NCBI GenBank assembly: GCA_031398325.1
Contig: JANNNB010000054.1
Location: forward strand, 1,079-65,078
Source: Actinomycetes bacterium
Lineage (GTDB): Bacteria; Actinomycetota; Acidimicrobiia; Acidimicrobiales; Ilumatobacteraceae
Direction of reading: 5' to 3'
DNA length: 64,000 nt
Shown here: positions 1 through 8,502 of the stretch, piece after piece
How the letters are laid out: the number at the start of each line of letters is the position of its first letter
Numbering within the stretch: position 1 is the first letter of the stretch
Made by a program: the position numbers and the translations under genes
The notes under the pieces: model-generated
Database searches by the model: none
What the model was told of the DNA's origin: nothing
The model's input: the letters and a program-made list of their open reading frames with translations, nothing else

Positions 1-3000
1 TCGATCGCGAACCCGACGACAACGGCGTTGACGATGCGCCCATCGCCGTCGACGATGCCGTCACCGCCCGCTCGGGGTCGTCCGTACCGGTGCAGGTGAC
101 GAGCAACGACTACGACCCCGACGGCGAGGCGATCGCAGTGTCGAAGGTGGGCGTCCCGGGCCACGGCTCGGTCGAGATCGGCACCGCGACCACGGTGGTG
201 TACACCCCGGATTCGGGCTACGTCGGCACCGACACGTTCGAATACACGATCGTCGACGGCAACGGCACGGAGGACTCGGCGTTGGTGGTCGTCGATCTCC
301 TGCCCCTCGATGCGACGAACAGTCCGCCCGTCGGCGGGATCGACGAGGCCCAGACGGGACCGGGAACACCGGTCGTCATCGACGTGTTGCTCAACGACAT
401 CGACCCCGAGCGCGACGCGCTCAGCATCGGATCGTTCACGCCACCCGATGTGGGCGGCGCGACGATCGGTGAGGTCACCGAGACGAGGAGTGCTTCGGGG
501 CTGCCCGCGTTGAGGTACGTGCCGGCACGGGGCTTCGAAGGAACCGCACTCTTCTCGTACCGGCCGGTCGACGCGCTGGGCGGACAGGGCGACGATGTCG
601 ACGTGCGCGTCGAAGTGGCCACCGACACCGCCGCGAACCGGGCTCCGATCGCCCGTCCGGACGCACTTCGGGTCCGCCGTGGCGTGCTTGCGTCGCTCCC
701 GGTGCTCGTGAACGACGTCGATCCCGACGGCGACGATCTCACCCTGACCGTGGTCGAACCCCTCCCACGCGGTCTCGAGGTGTCGGCACGCGGCATCGAG
801 CTGGCCGTCGTCGTGCGGGCCGGCGCCGTGGGGCTGCTGCCGTTCCTGTACGAGATCACCGACGGCCGTGGTGGCATCGCTCGCGGCGCCGTGTTGGTCA
901 ACGTGATCGACGAGGACGCCCCGAACCTTCCGCCCGTGCTCACGGCCGACTCCGACACGGTGGTGGTCGGCTCCTCGGTGACGATCGACGTGCTCGCCAA
1001 CGATGTCGACCCCGACGGTGATGCCTTGCTGGTGACCGACGTGTCGCAACCGGACAACGGGCTCGGGCAGGTCGTCGTGTTGAGCAACCGGGTCCGCTTC
1101 ACACCGGCCGCCATCGGCGACCGCGACGAGACGAATGCGCGGTTCACGTACACCGTGAGCGACGGCAATGGTCATCGCGTGGTCGGTGACGTCAGCGTGT
1201 CGGTGCTGCGCGAGTCGGTGGCACAGTCGCCCTACGCCCGGGACGACTCAGCGTTCACCACGGTGAACTCGCCGGTGACCATCGACGTGCTTCGCAACGA
1301 CGGCGACCCGTCTGGTGCACGGCCCTCGCTGGCCGGCACACCGGGTTGCCCCTCCGGTGGTCGTGCGACCGTCACGGCGAACGGACAGGTGCGCTTCGAC
1401 CCCCCGGAGGACGCCGCCGGTGCGTTCCGCTGCACGTACGAGGTCACGAACGCCCAGAACCTGCGTGCCAGCGCCTCGATCATCGTGTCGGTGCGCGAAC
1501 AAGTGCTGACCAACCAGCCGCCGGTCGTCGTCAACGACTCGCTCACCGTCGAGGTCGGGTCGACCCTGGCGATCGACGTCACACAGAACGACTCCGATCC
1601 CGACGGCGACAACGCCCGCCTCGCCGTCGTCTCGTCGACGGCACCGAGCATCGGGACCGCGATTCGGCGCGACAACGTCATCACGTTCACGGCCGGTCAG
1701 GTACTCGGCGACACGCGGATCAACTATCAGGTCGCCGACCAGGACGGAGCGGTCTCGCTCGGCCAACTCGTCGTCCGCATCGTCGAGCGCCAGAACCGTC
1801 CCCCCGTCGCCCAGGCCGAGGTCCGCACCATCTTCGGCCCCGGGGTTCCGACCGCGATCGACGTCCTGTTCAACGCCTCCGATCCGGACAACACGCCCGG
1901 CGGGCTGACGGTCGTTCCGGGAAGCGTGAATCGCCTCTCCGGCGACGGGTCGGTCGCGCTCAACGGCCGCATCGTCACGATCACGCCCGACCCGAGCTAT
2001 GTCGGAAGCGTGGTGGCCACGTTCACCATCCAGGACGGAGGTGGCCTGACGTCCAGCGCGCTCGTGACCTTGAACGTTCTGCAGCCACTGAATCGGCCGC
2101 CCGTCGCCCGCGACGACAACGTCGACCTGGCCAACGGCGCGTCGATCACGGTCCCAGTGCTGTTCAACGACTCCGATCCCGACGGCGACCCGCTGAGCAT
2201 CGCCCTCACCTCAGGCCCCGACCCGTCTCTCGGGTCGGCTCGGCTCACCAGCGACCGGGGCATCGCGTTTACCGCGGCCCCCGGCGCATCGGGCGTGGCG
2301 TCGATCGACTACGAGATCGGCGACGGCGAGTTCACGAGCCCGGCGCAACTGCGGATCACGGTCAGGGCTTGTTCGGAGTCGCAACCCGTGGCCAGGGACG
2401 GCCTCCTGCTGACGGGGTACCAACAGCAGATCTCGGTCGACCTCGCGGCGTTCGGGTCGAATGGCGTGTTCGTCGACGTGAGCGGGCCCGCCGGGTACGA
2501 CTCCCGGAGCGGCCTCTACACGCCGCCCGCCGGGGAGAACGGAAACGTCACCGTCGCGTACAGCGTCGTGAACGGATGCCGCCAACGCGCATCGGGAACC
2601 GTCACCATCGACGTCAATCAGGCGCCGGTGTCGCAGGGGGGCCAGGCATTCGTCCTCGGACGCGGCGAGGCCCGGGAGATCCCGGTGACGAGCATCGCCT
2701 CCGACGCCGAGGCCCTCGTGATCGACTCGAGCGCCGGTGCACCCACCTGGGTGACCACCGAGGCGGGCCGCCTGGTGTTGCAACCCCCGGTCGGGACCCC
2801 GTCGGGCGTGCCGTTCACGTGGACCACCACCGTCCGCGACCCCGGAGGCTTGACGACGACGGTGCCGATCAGCGTCACGATCACCAACGTCGCGCCGTCG
2901 GCCGCGGATGATTCGATCGACGCCACGGCGGGACAGGCGGTCGTCTCGGTGGTTGACAACGACGTCGATCCGGACGGCCTGAACTCGGAGCTCACGATCG

Positions 3001-3494
3001 GATTCGTCCCCGCCACCTTCACGTTCCCGAACGGCGAGACCGGCTCGATCTCGATCGTCGGCAATCGACAACTCCGCGTCGACCCCGGCGCCGGTCGTGG
3101 CAACGCCACGTTCACCTACACCGTCCGCGACGCCGACGGGGCGGAGTCGGCACCGGCGACGGTGACGGTCGTGGCACCGAGAATGAACAACGCACCGTTC
3201 GCGAACGATCAGGCGCGAGATGTCGTCGTCGGGACTGCGGTCGACCTGGCACTCGATGTCGGCGATGTGGACGGCGACCCGCTCACGTTGCAGGACCTCA
3301 CCGACCCGTCGGCCGTCGTCACCGCCCAGGCCGGGCTCACGTTGACGATCACGCCGCCGAGTGCGGGGACCTTCGTGATCACCTATCGCGTGAACGACGG
3401 GCTCGAGTTCTCCCGTGTGGCGACGATCACGATCACGGCCACCGATCCGGCACCACCGACGACGACGCTGCCCCCGTCAGACGGTGACGGGTGA
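1..3494 (+). CDS. Giant secreted repeat protein, cadherin/Ig-like (tandem ~95-100 aa repeat) adhesin-type; 5'-partial, frame continues from window edge at nt 3
   Basis: About ten ~100-aa modules each contain an xNDxDPDGD-type acidic Ca-binding-like motif (SNDYDPDGE, VNDVDPDGD, ANDVDPDGD, QNDSDPDGD, FNDSDPDGD, DNDVDPDGL...). The frame is open from nt 3 (DREPDDNGVDDAPIAVDDAV...) and the Pro/Thr-rich tail ends at the stop at 3494. Confidence 0.7.
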   Translation, partial: DREPDDNGVDDAPIAVDDAVTARSGSSVPVQVTSNDYDPDGEAIAVSKVGVPGHGSVEIGTATTVVYTPDSGYVGTDTFEYTIVDGNGTEDSALVVVDLLPLDATNSPPVGGIDEAQTGPGTPVVIDVLLNDIDPERDALSIGSFTPPDVGGATIGEVTETRSASGLPALRYVPARGFEGTALFSYRPVDALGGQGDDVDVRVEVATDTAANRAPIARPDALRVRRGVLASLPVLVNDVDPDGDDLTLTVVEPLPRGLEVSARGIELAVVVRAGAVGLLPFLYEITDGRGGIARGAVLVNVIDEDAPNLPPVLTADSDTVVVGSSVTIDVLANDVDPDGDALLVTDVSQPDNGLGQVVVLSNRVRFTPAAIGDRDETNARFTYTVSDGNGHRVVGDVSVSVLRESVAQSPYARDDSAFTTVNSPVTIDVLRNDGDPSGARPSLAGTPGCPSGGRATVTANGQVRFDPPEDAAGAFRCTYEVTNAQNLRASASIIVSVREQVLTNQPPVVVNDSLTVEVGSTLAIDVTQNDSDPDGDNARLAVVSSTAPSIGTAIRRDNVITFTAGQVLGDTRINYQVADQDGAVSLGQLVVRIVERQNRPPVAQAEVRTIFGPGVPTAIDVLFNASDPDNTPGGLTVVPGSVNRLSGDGSVALNGRIVTITPDPSYVGSVVATFTIQDGGGLTSSALVTLNVLQPLNRPPVARDDNVDLANGASITVPVLFNDSDPDGDPLSIALTSGPDPSLGSARLTSDRGIAFTAAPGASGVASIDYEIGDGEFTSPAQLRITVRACSESQPVARDGLLLTGYQQQISVDLAAFGSNGVFVDVSGPAGYDSRSGLYTPPAGENGNVTVAYSVVNGCRQRASGTVTIDVNQAPVSQGGQAFVLGRGEAREIPVTSIASDAEALVIDSSAGAPTWVTTEAGRLVLQPPVGTPSGVPFTWTTTVRDPGGLTTTVPISVTITNVAPSAADDSIDATAGQAVVSVVDNDVDPDGLNSELTIGFVPATFTFPNGETGSISIVGNRQLRVDPGAGRGNATFTYTVRDADGAESAPATVTVVAPRMNNAPFANDQARDVVVGTAVDLALDVGDVDGDPLTLQDLTDPSAVVTAQAGLTLTITPPSAGTFVITYRVNDGLEFSRVATITITATDPAPPTTTLPPSDGDG

Positions 3495-5600
3495 TCGGGT
3501 CGAACGGCGCAGCGACCGCAGGCTGAGACGCCAGCGGGCCCGTTGCCATCGGCTCTTCGGCTCGGCGATGGCGGTGTCGATCGCATCGAGGCACTGCAGC
3601 GCGTCCTGCGCCAGGAGATCGGGCCGACTCGGAGCGCCGTAGGTGGCAGCACCGTTGAGAACGGCGAGCCGGTGGAGCTCGCGCTGAGCCGCCGGTGCGA
3701 TCGGATCACCCCGTCGGGCGATCTCGTCGTCGGTGTAGGAAGCCGGAATCGCGAGCCCCGCATCGACGAGTGCGTCCGTGGCCGATGCCCAGGCTCCCTG
3801 GATGCGCGCTGCGGGCTCGGGGAGCCGTCGTCGGCGTCGCCGGCGCCAGAACTTGACGCCGAGGACGAGCCCGGTAGCGACCGCGAGCGGGAGGAGAACG
3901 ATTGCGGCGGCAACCACGGTGCGGGTCGCCCACAGGGTCGCCGTGGAAAGCGCGTCGTCGACCTCCGGCACCGGCTCGTCGTCGTCGGTCGAGGTGTCCT
4001 CGGACTCGGGTGGAGGCTCGATCGGAGGCTGGGGGGCTGCCGGCGTCTGCACCTCTGGCTCGGGCTCGGGCGGAGCCGGATCGGTCGATTCCTCGGCCGG
4101 CACCGGATCGAACGCGATCCATCGGCCGTCGAGCAGGGCGACCTCTGGCCACACGACCGCGTCGGACGAGGTGAGCATCAGCGAATCGGCGCTCGGCTCG
4201 TCGACCACGAACCCAGTGGCCACCCGCGCATCGGCGCCGAGCGATCGGGCGAGGAGCACGAACGCCGTCGCGAACTGCTCGGTGTTCCCACGCTGGGTGT
4301 CGCGCAGGAAACGATCGATGAGGGCGCGCTGCATGCCGCCGGCCTGCGCGTCCGAATCGAGTACGAAGTCGTCGCGCATCGTCTGCTCGATCGTGGTGAG
4401 CTGATCGATCAACGTCGTGTTCCCGCTCGCATCGGTGCCGCCGAGTGACTGGGCCAACCCGGTCAGCCCGGCGACCGTCTCGTCGACGGGGCGGGGTACG
4501 ACCGCCACGTCGGCACCGAGGTTGCTCGAGTCGACGGCGATGTTGGACACGACGCCGACCGCATCGCCCGGGGTCGGCCGTTCGACGAGGCGCACGACGG
4601 TCCGATCGCGATCGGTCTCGACGGCCACATCGACACTGACCGGGCTCCCCGCCAGCGGTACCAACCGGAGGTCGTCGTCGAGGAACGTGATGCTCGCGTC
4701 GATCGTGTCGCCGGTGACCGGCCCGAGGGTGCTGCCGATGGGACGAAGCGTGAGTACCGGACTCCAGCGGCGGCCGTCGTACTCCTCGAGGGCAGCGGTG
4801 CGCCATCGGACCGGCATCTCTGCCCGGGAGCCGTCACCGGTCTGCGTCACCTCGTGCAGGTCGATCGGCGGGTCGAGCGCACGAAGGGCGATCGTCGCCT
4901 CGATCGGGTCGAGCAGCGCAGCGGTCTCCTGTGCGGGTTCCTCCTGTCGCGGGTCTGACCTCGACGCGAACGAGACCGAGGAACTGATCGCGACGGCGAT
5001 GAAGCCGGCGAGTGCGATCAGACCGATCAGCCGCCGTTCACCGCGGAGCAACAACCAACGCTCGCGAACACTGCCGTCGATCCGAATCAACGCGAACGTG
5101 ATCCCGATGACGCTGAGGACGATGAGGCTGACGGGCCGGAAGCCGAGCGGCGCGGAGAGTGCGATCACCCCCGCATAGGCGATCAGAACCGGCAGCAACG
5201 GGAGCAGATGCCAGCGCCTTGCCGCGGCGAGTAACGCCGCGATCGCAGCCAGGATTGCGAGATCGGCGGCAATGGTGCCGATCAGATCGGCCCGCACCGG
5301 GCTCGGCCACTCGGTCGACAACACGCGCTGGAGCCCGGCACCGAATGCGGCGCCGACGTCACCCACGTTGCCGCCGACCGAGACGACGGCGATGGACGTG
5401 GCGACGAGTACGGCCGCAACGGCGCTCGCCGTTCGCACCACCGCGCCCCGCCGGGCGAGTGCTCCGACCGCGAGCGGCGGGATGGCCGGGGTGACGACGA
5501 GCGCCCATTCGAGCGAGTCGAAGATGCCGCATGCTGCCGCCCCGAGCACGACGAACGCTGCGCCCAACAGGAGGATCCGGATCCGGACGAGGCCGATCAC
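3477..5600 (-). CDS. Transglutaminase-like domain membrane protein (TgpA-like architecture) with non-canonical catalytic residues
   Basis: N-terminal polytopic hydrophobic region. The core RGNTEQFATAFVLLARSLGADARVATGF...SSDAVVWPEVALLDGRWIAFDP aligns to the TgpA-type GFCEHFA...DAHAWAEV...DP motif. A TM segment and an R-rich stretch follow. A GTG at 5600 forms a GTGA overlap with the DUF58 stop; the track start at 5615 is TTG. Confidence 0.75.
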   Translation of the reverse strand: MIGLVRIRILLLGAAFVVLGAAACGIFDSLEWALVVTPAIPPLAVGALARRGAVVRTASAVAAVLVATSIAVVSVGGNVGDVGAAFGAGLQRVLSTEWPSPVRADLIGTIAADLAILAAIAALLAAARRWHLLPLLPVLIAYAGVIALSAPLGFRPVSLIVLSVIGITFALIRIDGSVRERWLLLRGERRLIGLIALAGFIAVAISSSVSFASRSDPRQEEPAQETAALLDPIEATIALRALDPPIDLHEVTQTGDGSRAEMPVRWRTAALEEYDGRRWSPVLTLRPIGSTLGPVTGDTIDASITFLDDDLRLVPLAGSPVSVDVAVETDRDRTVVRLVERPTPGDAVGVVSNIAVDSSNLGADVAVVPRPVDETVAGLTGLAQSLGGTDASGNTTLIDQLTTIEQTMRDDFVLDSDAQAGGMQRALIDRFLRDTQRGNTEQFATAFVLLARSLGADARVATGFVVDEPSADSLMLTSSDAVVWPEVALLDGRWIAFDPVPAEESTDPAPPEPEPEVQTPAAPQPPIEPPPESEDTSTDDDEPVPEVDDALSTATLWATRTVVAAAIVLLPLAVATGLVLGVKFWRRRRRRRLPEPAARIQGAWASATDALVDAGLAIPASYTDDEIARRGDPIAPAAQRELHRLAVLNGAATYGAPSRPDLLAQDALQCLDAIDTAIAEPKSRWQRARWRLSLRSLRRSTRSPVTV

Positions 5601-6706
5601 GACGTGGTCCGCCAACGCTGGACGAAATCGGCAGCGGTCGCCGCGTGGAGGGCGATTCCCGGGCCGGTGGCAGCGCCGTCGCCGATGCGGACGATCGTCA
5701 TCCGCTCGACGTCGCCGAATCTGCTCGACGGACCCATCGGCCCCGTCACCATCAACACCGACGTGTGGTCGAACCCGCCGACGAACAACGACGCGACCGA
5801 GAGGAGTTCGTCGTCCGGCGACTGCTGTACGGGGGTGAGCAGATCGAGGACGGTGGCCTCCGCCAGGACCGGCAGGGGTCGCCCGGCGTGGTTCCGGTCC
5901 GTCGTTCGGACCACGACGTCCAGTCCGGTGCGGATCGAATGGATCGCGAGACTCGCTGCGACGTCGACGAGCTCCTCGAAGTCAGCCGCCGTGCCGGCCG
6001 ACGTTGCCGTGTCGACCACGACGGTGAACTCCGGTCGGCGGACCTCGACGTGTTCACGGATCATCAACGTGCCGGTGTGAGCGGAGGTCGGCCAGTGGAT
6101 CAGCCGTGGGTCGTCGCCGGGGACGTACTCGCGCATCGACACGAATCCGGACAACGGGTCGGCCGTCGCACGGCGGAGCACCGATTCGCTCTCGACCGTT
6201 CGCACTGCGCCCTGGGGCCCGACGAGGTCATAGACCTTGGGGTGGACGAGTACGGCCGAGGTCTGATTCGTGCGCCGGGTGCCGACGGTCAACCAGAACG
6301 GGTCGATCCGTTCGATGTCGAGCGGACCGACGTCGAACACTCCGCGCCGTTTCGTCGGGATCCCGCCGTCGACGACGGACGCCGAATGTGCGTTGACCGA
6401 ACTGATGTCGACCCGGATCTCCTCGCCGTCACAGCGGTCGATCAACGTCGCACGCCCGGAACGAAACCTGGTCGTGTTGTGCAAGCGGTACACGAGCCGG
6501 ATGGGGTCGCCGCGAGCAACACGCGCGGCGACGACCCGCCGCGTGACCGTCGCTCGAAGTGGCCGCTGCGACACCCAGATGGCGATCAACATGACGCCGA
6601 CGATCACGACGGCGGCGATCAACAGCTCTTCGTAGCCCCACCACAGGCCGAACCCGGCGAGCACGAGTGCGGTGAGCACCGCTCCCAGGCCCGAACGGGT
6701 GAGCAT
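5597..6706 (-). CDS. DUF58 domain protein (MoxR-operon partner)
   Basis: Two N-terminal TM helices and the DUF58-type motif YVPGDDPRLIHWPTSAHTGTLMIREH. It starts 2 nt downstream of the moxR stop. Confidence 0.8.
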   Translation of the reverse strand: MLTRSGLGAVLTALVLAGFGLWWGYEELLIAAVVIVGVMLIAIWVSQRPLRATVTRRVVAARVARGDPIRLVYRLHNTTRFRSGRATLIDRCDGEEIRVDISSVNAHSASVVDGGIPTKRRGVFDVGPLDIERIDPFWLTVGTRRTNQTSAVLVHPKVYDLVGPQGAVRTVESESVLRRATADPLSGFVSMREYVPGDDPRLIHWPTSAHTGTLMIREHVEVRRPEFTVVVDTATSAGTAADFEELVDVAASLAIHSIRTGLDVVVRTTDRNHAGRPLPVLAEATVLDLLTPVQQSPDDELLSVASLFVGGFDHTSVLMVTGPMGPSSRFGDVERMTIVRIGDGAATGPGIALHAATAADFVQRWRTTS

Positions 6707-6708
6707 GC

Positions 6709-7659
6709 TCAGGCCTCGCGAGTGCGCGGCACCGGGATCTCGTCGATGATGTCGGCCAGCACGGTTTCGGCCCGTACGCCGCGCAGTTCGGCCTCGGCGG
6801 TGAGCGCCATCCGGTGAGTGAGCACGGGGTTCGCGATGGCCTGGATGTCGTCAGGCGTCACGTAGTCCCGGTCGGCGGTGGCGGCGTAGGCGCGTGCGAC
6901 CCGCAGCATGGTCAGCGTTCCGCGCGTGGACACGCCGAGGCGCAGGTCCGGGTGTGAGCGGGTCGCGGCGGCGATCGACACGATGTACTCGTGGATCGAT
7001 CGGACGACGGGGATCGTATCGATCACCCCGATGAGATGATCGAGTTCTTCGGCATCGGTCACCGGAGTGATGTCGTCGTGTTCGTGTTCGCGGGTGTAGT
7101 CCGCGAGGATCGACGCCTCGGTGTCGGTGTCGGCGTAACCGAGGGTGAGCCGCATGGCAAAGCGGTCGAGTTGGACGTCGGGGAGCGGGAACGTGCCCTG
7201 GAAGTCCCGAGGGTTCTGCGTGGCGATCACCAGGAATGGTCGGGGCACGGGACGGCTGACGCCGTCGGCGGTGACCTGGCGCTCCTCCATCACCTCGAGC
7301 AACGCCGACTGCGTCTTCGGGCTGCCGCGGTTGATCTCGTCGCCGATCAGCACGTTGGTGAAAACGGGGCCCTCCCGGAACGAGAAGGTGCCACCGCTCT
7401 GATCGAACACCATGACCCCGGTGACGTCGCTCGGTAGGAGGTCCGGCGTGAACTGCACCCGCTTCCAGGTGCCGGCGATCGAACCTGCGATGGCCTTTGC
7501 GAGGCTGGTCTTGCCGGTGCCCGGCACGTCGTCGAGCAGCAGGTGGCCTTCCGTGAAGAGGCAGCACAGGGCCAGGCGAATCTCGTCGTTCTTGCCCCGC
7601 ACCACCCGTCCGACGTTGTCGATCAAGGCGTCGGTGACCTGCGAGACGTTTCCCGGCAC
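6709..7659 (-). CDS. MoxR-family AAA+ ATPase
   Basis: Walker A LLLDDVPGTGKTSLAKA, Walker B LIGDEINRGSPKTQSALLEVMEE, and ATQNP...LPDVQLDRF, typical of MoxR. GTG start. Confidence 0.9.
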   Translation of the reverse strand: MPGNVSQVTDALIDNVGRVVRGKNDEIRLALCCLFTEGHLLLDDVPGTGKTSLAKAIAGSIAGTWKRVQFTPDLLPSDVTGVMVFDQSGGTFSFREGPVFTNVLIGDEINRGSPKTQSALLEVMEERQVTADGVSRPVPRPFLVIATQNPRDFQGTFPLPDVQLDRFAMRLTLGYADTDTEASILADYTREHEHDDITPVTDAEELDHLIGVIDTIPVVRSIHEYIVSIAAATRSHPDLRLGVSTRGTLTMLRVARAYAATADRDYVTPDDIQAIANPVLTHRMALTAEAELRGVRAETVLADIIDEIPVPRTREA

Positions 7660-7736
7660 GAACAGCGAGTGTACGCGTCGCCCCTTTCCTGTTGTGGGAG
7701 GGCCGGTGTGGTCGGGCGTGTGACGGTCTGGGCGGG

Positions 7737-8489
7737 TCAGTCCCAGTCGATCCGGACGTGTCGGAGCGCGTCGGTGAGGGTTTGGGCGAGTTCGTGTCGG
7801 CGAGGCGCAGGGAGCTGCACCGATTCGAGCTCGGGGATGTCGGGCAGTTCGGTGCCGTCGGGGAACGACATGAGGTGGGTGAGCGGGTCGACGTGCTCGA
7901 CGCGGGCGGGTCGTGGCAGGTCCCGGGTGGGTTCGTCGTCTCCGGCGCGCACGTCTGGTCCGCGCGTGCCCTGGGCGGGGGTGCGGTCGGAATGCACGAG
8001 TCGAAGGTGACCCCGCGCGGCGAGCGGACGAGGCGTCAGCAGATCGTCGTCGTCGTCGGAATCGTCGTCGTCGGAATCGTCGACGAGCGATCTCGGCGAC
8101 CGTTGCCGCCAGACATCGAGAAGTTCGGGCTCCATGAGCAACTCGTCACTGAAGACGAACATCGCCGCGACGATGTGCTTGCACGCGTAGTTGTCCCAGT
8201 TGTCGTCGTCGGGGCACGTGCAGTGCGCCGTGATGTCTCGCCGCAGCGGCATTCCGTCGCCGGCGGTCGCTTCGATCTGGGCGATGTACGGGGTCGATCG
8301 CGAGCCCTGCACTTCGCAGATGACGATGCCCGGCTCGATGATGATGTCGGTCACCGAACCGTCGTGCGCGTACTGCTTCCCCCGGCGTAGGCGCTGCGGG
8401 TCGCTCATCTCCGCCGCCAGCACCTTCATCATCGTCGCCGGCAGACGTCCAGGGTGGGTCGCTCCGAACGGCTTGCGAGGGCGACTCAT
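7737..8489 (-). CDS. SWIM zinc-finger protein
   Basis: CxC...CxH signature in AHCTCPDDDNWDNYACKHIVAAM. An Asp-rich tract (DDSDDDDSDDDDD) is present. ATG at 8489 lies 13 nt after the SNF2 stop; the track extension to 8543 overlaps the SNF2 gene. Confidence 0.75.
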   Translation of the reverse strand: MSRPRKPFGATHPGRLPATMMKVLAAEMSDPQRLRRGKQYAHDGSVTDIIIEPGIVICEVQGSRSTPYIAQIEATAGDGMPLRRDITAHCTCPDDDNWDNYACKHIVAAMFVFSDELLMEPELLDVWRQRSPRSLVDDSDDDDSDDDDDLLTPRPLAARGHLRLVHSDRTPAQGTRGPDVRAGDDEPTRDLPRPARVEHVDPLTHLMSFPDGTELPDIPELESVQLPAPRRHELAQTLTDALRHVRIDWD

Positions 8490-8502
8490 CGCAGTGTGCC
8501 GA

